This document shows positions 63,382 through 64,000 of a DNA stretch of 64,000 bases, in pieces. The stretch is from Bilabrum cf. latius. Its lineage: Eukaryota. The stretch covers positions 558,001 through 622,000 of the forward strand of contig OZ237735.1 of NCBI GenBank assembly GCA_965178125.1. The letters are read 5' to 3'. How positions within the stretch are numbered: position 1 is the stretch's first letter; each line of letters opens with the position of its first letter. The translations under genes were made by a program, and so were the position numbers. The notes beneath the pieces are model-generated. The model saw nothing but the letters and a program-made list of their open reading frames with translations. It searched no databases and was not told the DNA's origin.

Positions 63382-63385
63382 TCTA
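63382..63385 (+). promoter_or_regulatory. TCTA late-promoter motif upstream of MCP
   Basis: TTTTTTCTAA, 13 nt before ATG 63399, same spacing as at the penton. Confidence 0.75.
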
Positions 63386-63398
63386 ATGTTAATTTATT

Positions 63399-64000
63399 AT
63401 GTCAAAATACTATAAAGATGTGGTCGTTATGATGCCATCAAACGAGAAATTTAAAGAGCCAAAAGACGTGATGTTAGGGGCAAGAGCCTCTAATTCTGAG
63501 TCTATAAGACGTGTTATTCCAGCCAGTAATGGCTCACCTGATAAAGGTCAAGCAGGAACAATTGAATTTAATTATAATTTCCCTAAGGGTGTGCAATCTG
63601 TGCCACAACTTCAGGCAGAGCTCACATTGACATTAAGAAAAATTAATAGCGAGGTGATTGCCGATAATAAAGCGTTATTTGGTAAATTCGGAATTAGACA
63701 ATTCGCATTAAATAGACTTATTGATAATGCCAAGGTAGAAATGAATGGGCACGAGTTCAGCTCCAGACCATCACAAACAACAGAGTGTTTTGTAAATTCT
63801 CAACCATTGTCTCAATTGATGCGTTTGTCTGATGCTCCAGCTGGTCAATTTATGACTACCTACACAGATAAATTTATTAATAACTCATTGCGTGAGGGTG
63901 CAAATGCTGTTGATACCGTTTCATCTAACGGGCTCGGGAATAACTGGACTTTCTCAGATGTTGCAGTTACTGCAGATGGTGCAGGTTTTGTAAAAGTTGC
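63399..64000 (+). CDS. Virophage major capsid protein (mavirus MV18-like), first ~200 aa; not in the ORF track
   Basis: MSKYYKDVVVMMP.. open to window end; GIRQFALNRLIDNAKVEMNGHEFSSRPSQ and NNSLREG..SNGLGNNW resemble the mavirus MCP N-terminal region; directly follows the penton. Confidence 0.85.
   Translation, partial: MSKYYKDVVVMMPSNEKFKEPKDVMLGARASNSESIRRVIPASNGSPDKGQAGTIEFNYNFPKGVQSVPQLQAELTLTLRKINSEVIADNKALFGKFGIRQFALNRLIDNAKVEMNGHEFSSRPSQTTECFVNSQPLSQLMRLSDAPAGQFMTTYTDKFINNSLREGANAVDTVSSNGLGNNWTFSDVAVTADGAGFVKV

Larger units (their letters stand above)
61115..64000. mobile_element. Endogenous mavirus-like virophage, left end; continues beyond the window
   Basis: Sharp switch from GC-rich to very AT-rich DNA; begins TG; ~1.3 kb non-coding probable TIR; then penton and major capsid genes. 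Confidence 0.9.

Overview
Compact, GC-rich, intron-poor eukaryotic (protist) nuclear DNA with about 20 host genes (1-~61,100), followed abruptly by the left end of an AT-rich endogenous mavirus-like virophage (61,115 to window end; penton plus the start of the major capsid gene). Main signal: host genes are interrupted by roughly 100 in-frame TAG codons (approximate hand count) but by no internal TAA or TGA in the frames I read. Several TAGs sit on glutamines conserved in CNOT9, CAF1, p300/CBP, COX15, ABCB8 and TBC1D13. The host therefore appears to use a nuclear code with UAG=Gln while UAA and UGA remain stops, so the supplied standard-code ORF track fragments most genes. Re-read this way, the window shows a ~4,385-aa protein with a 13-kb exon, an IRE1 with a C-terminal CCCH zinc finger, a bacterial-type DgoK-DgoA fusion and a ~2,080-aa CBP/p300-like HAT. 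The virophage starts with a 69-bp palindrome, has CroV/mavirus-type TCTA late-promoter motifs, avoids TAG, and seems to sit inside a host SAM-domain gene. A Cafeteria-like bicosoecid/stramenopile host is an inference. All homology calls are motif recognition from memory, not searches.
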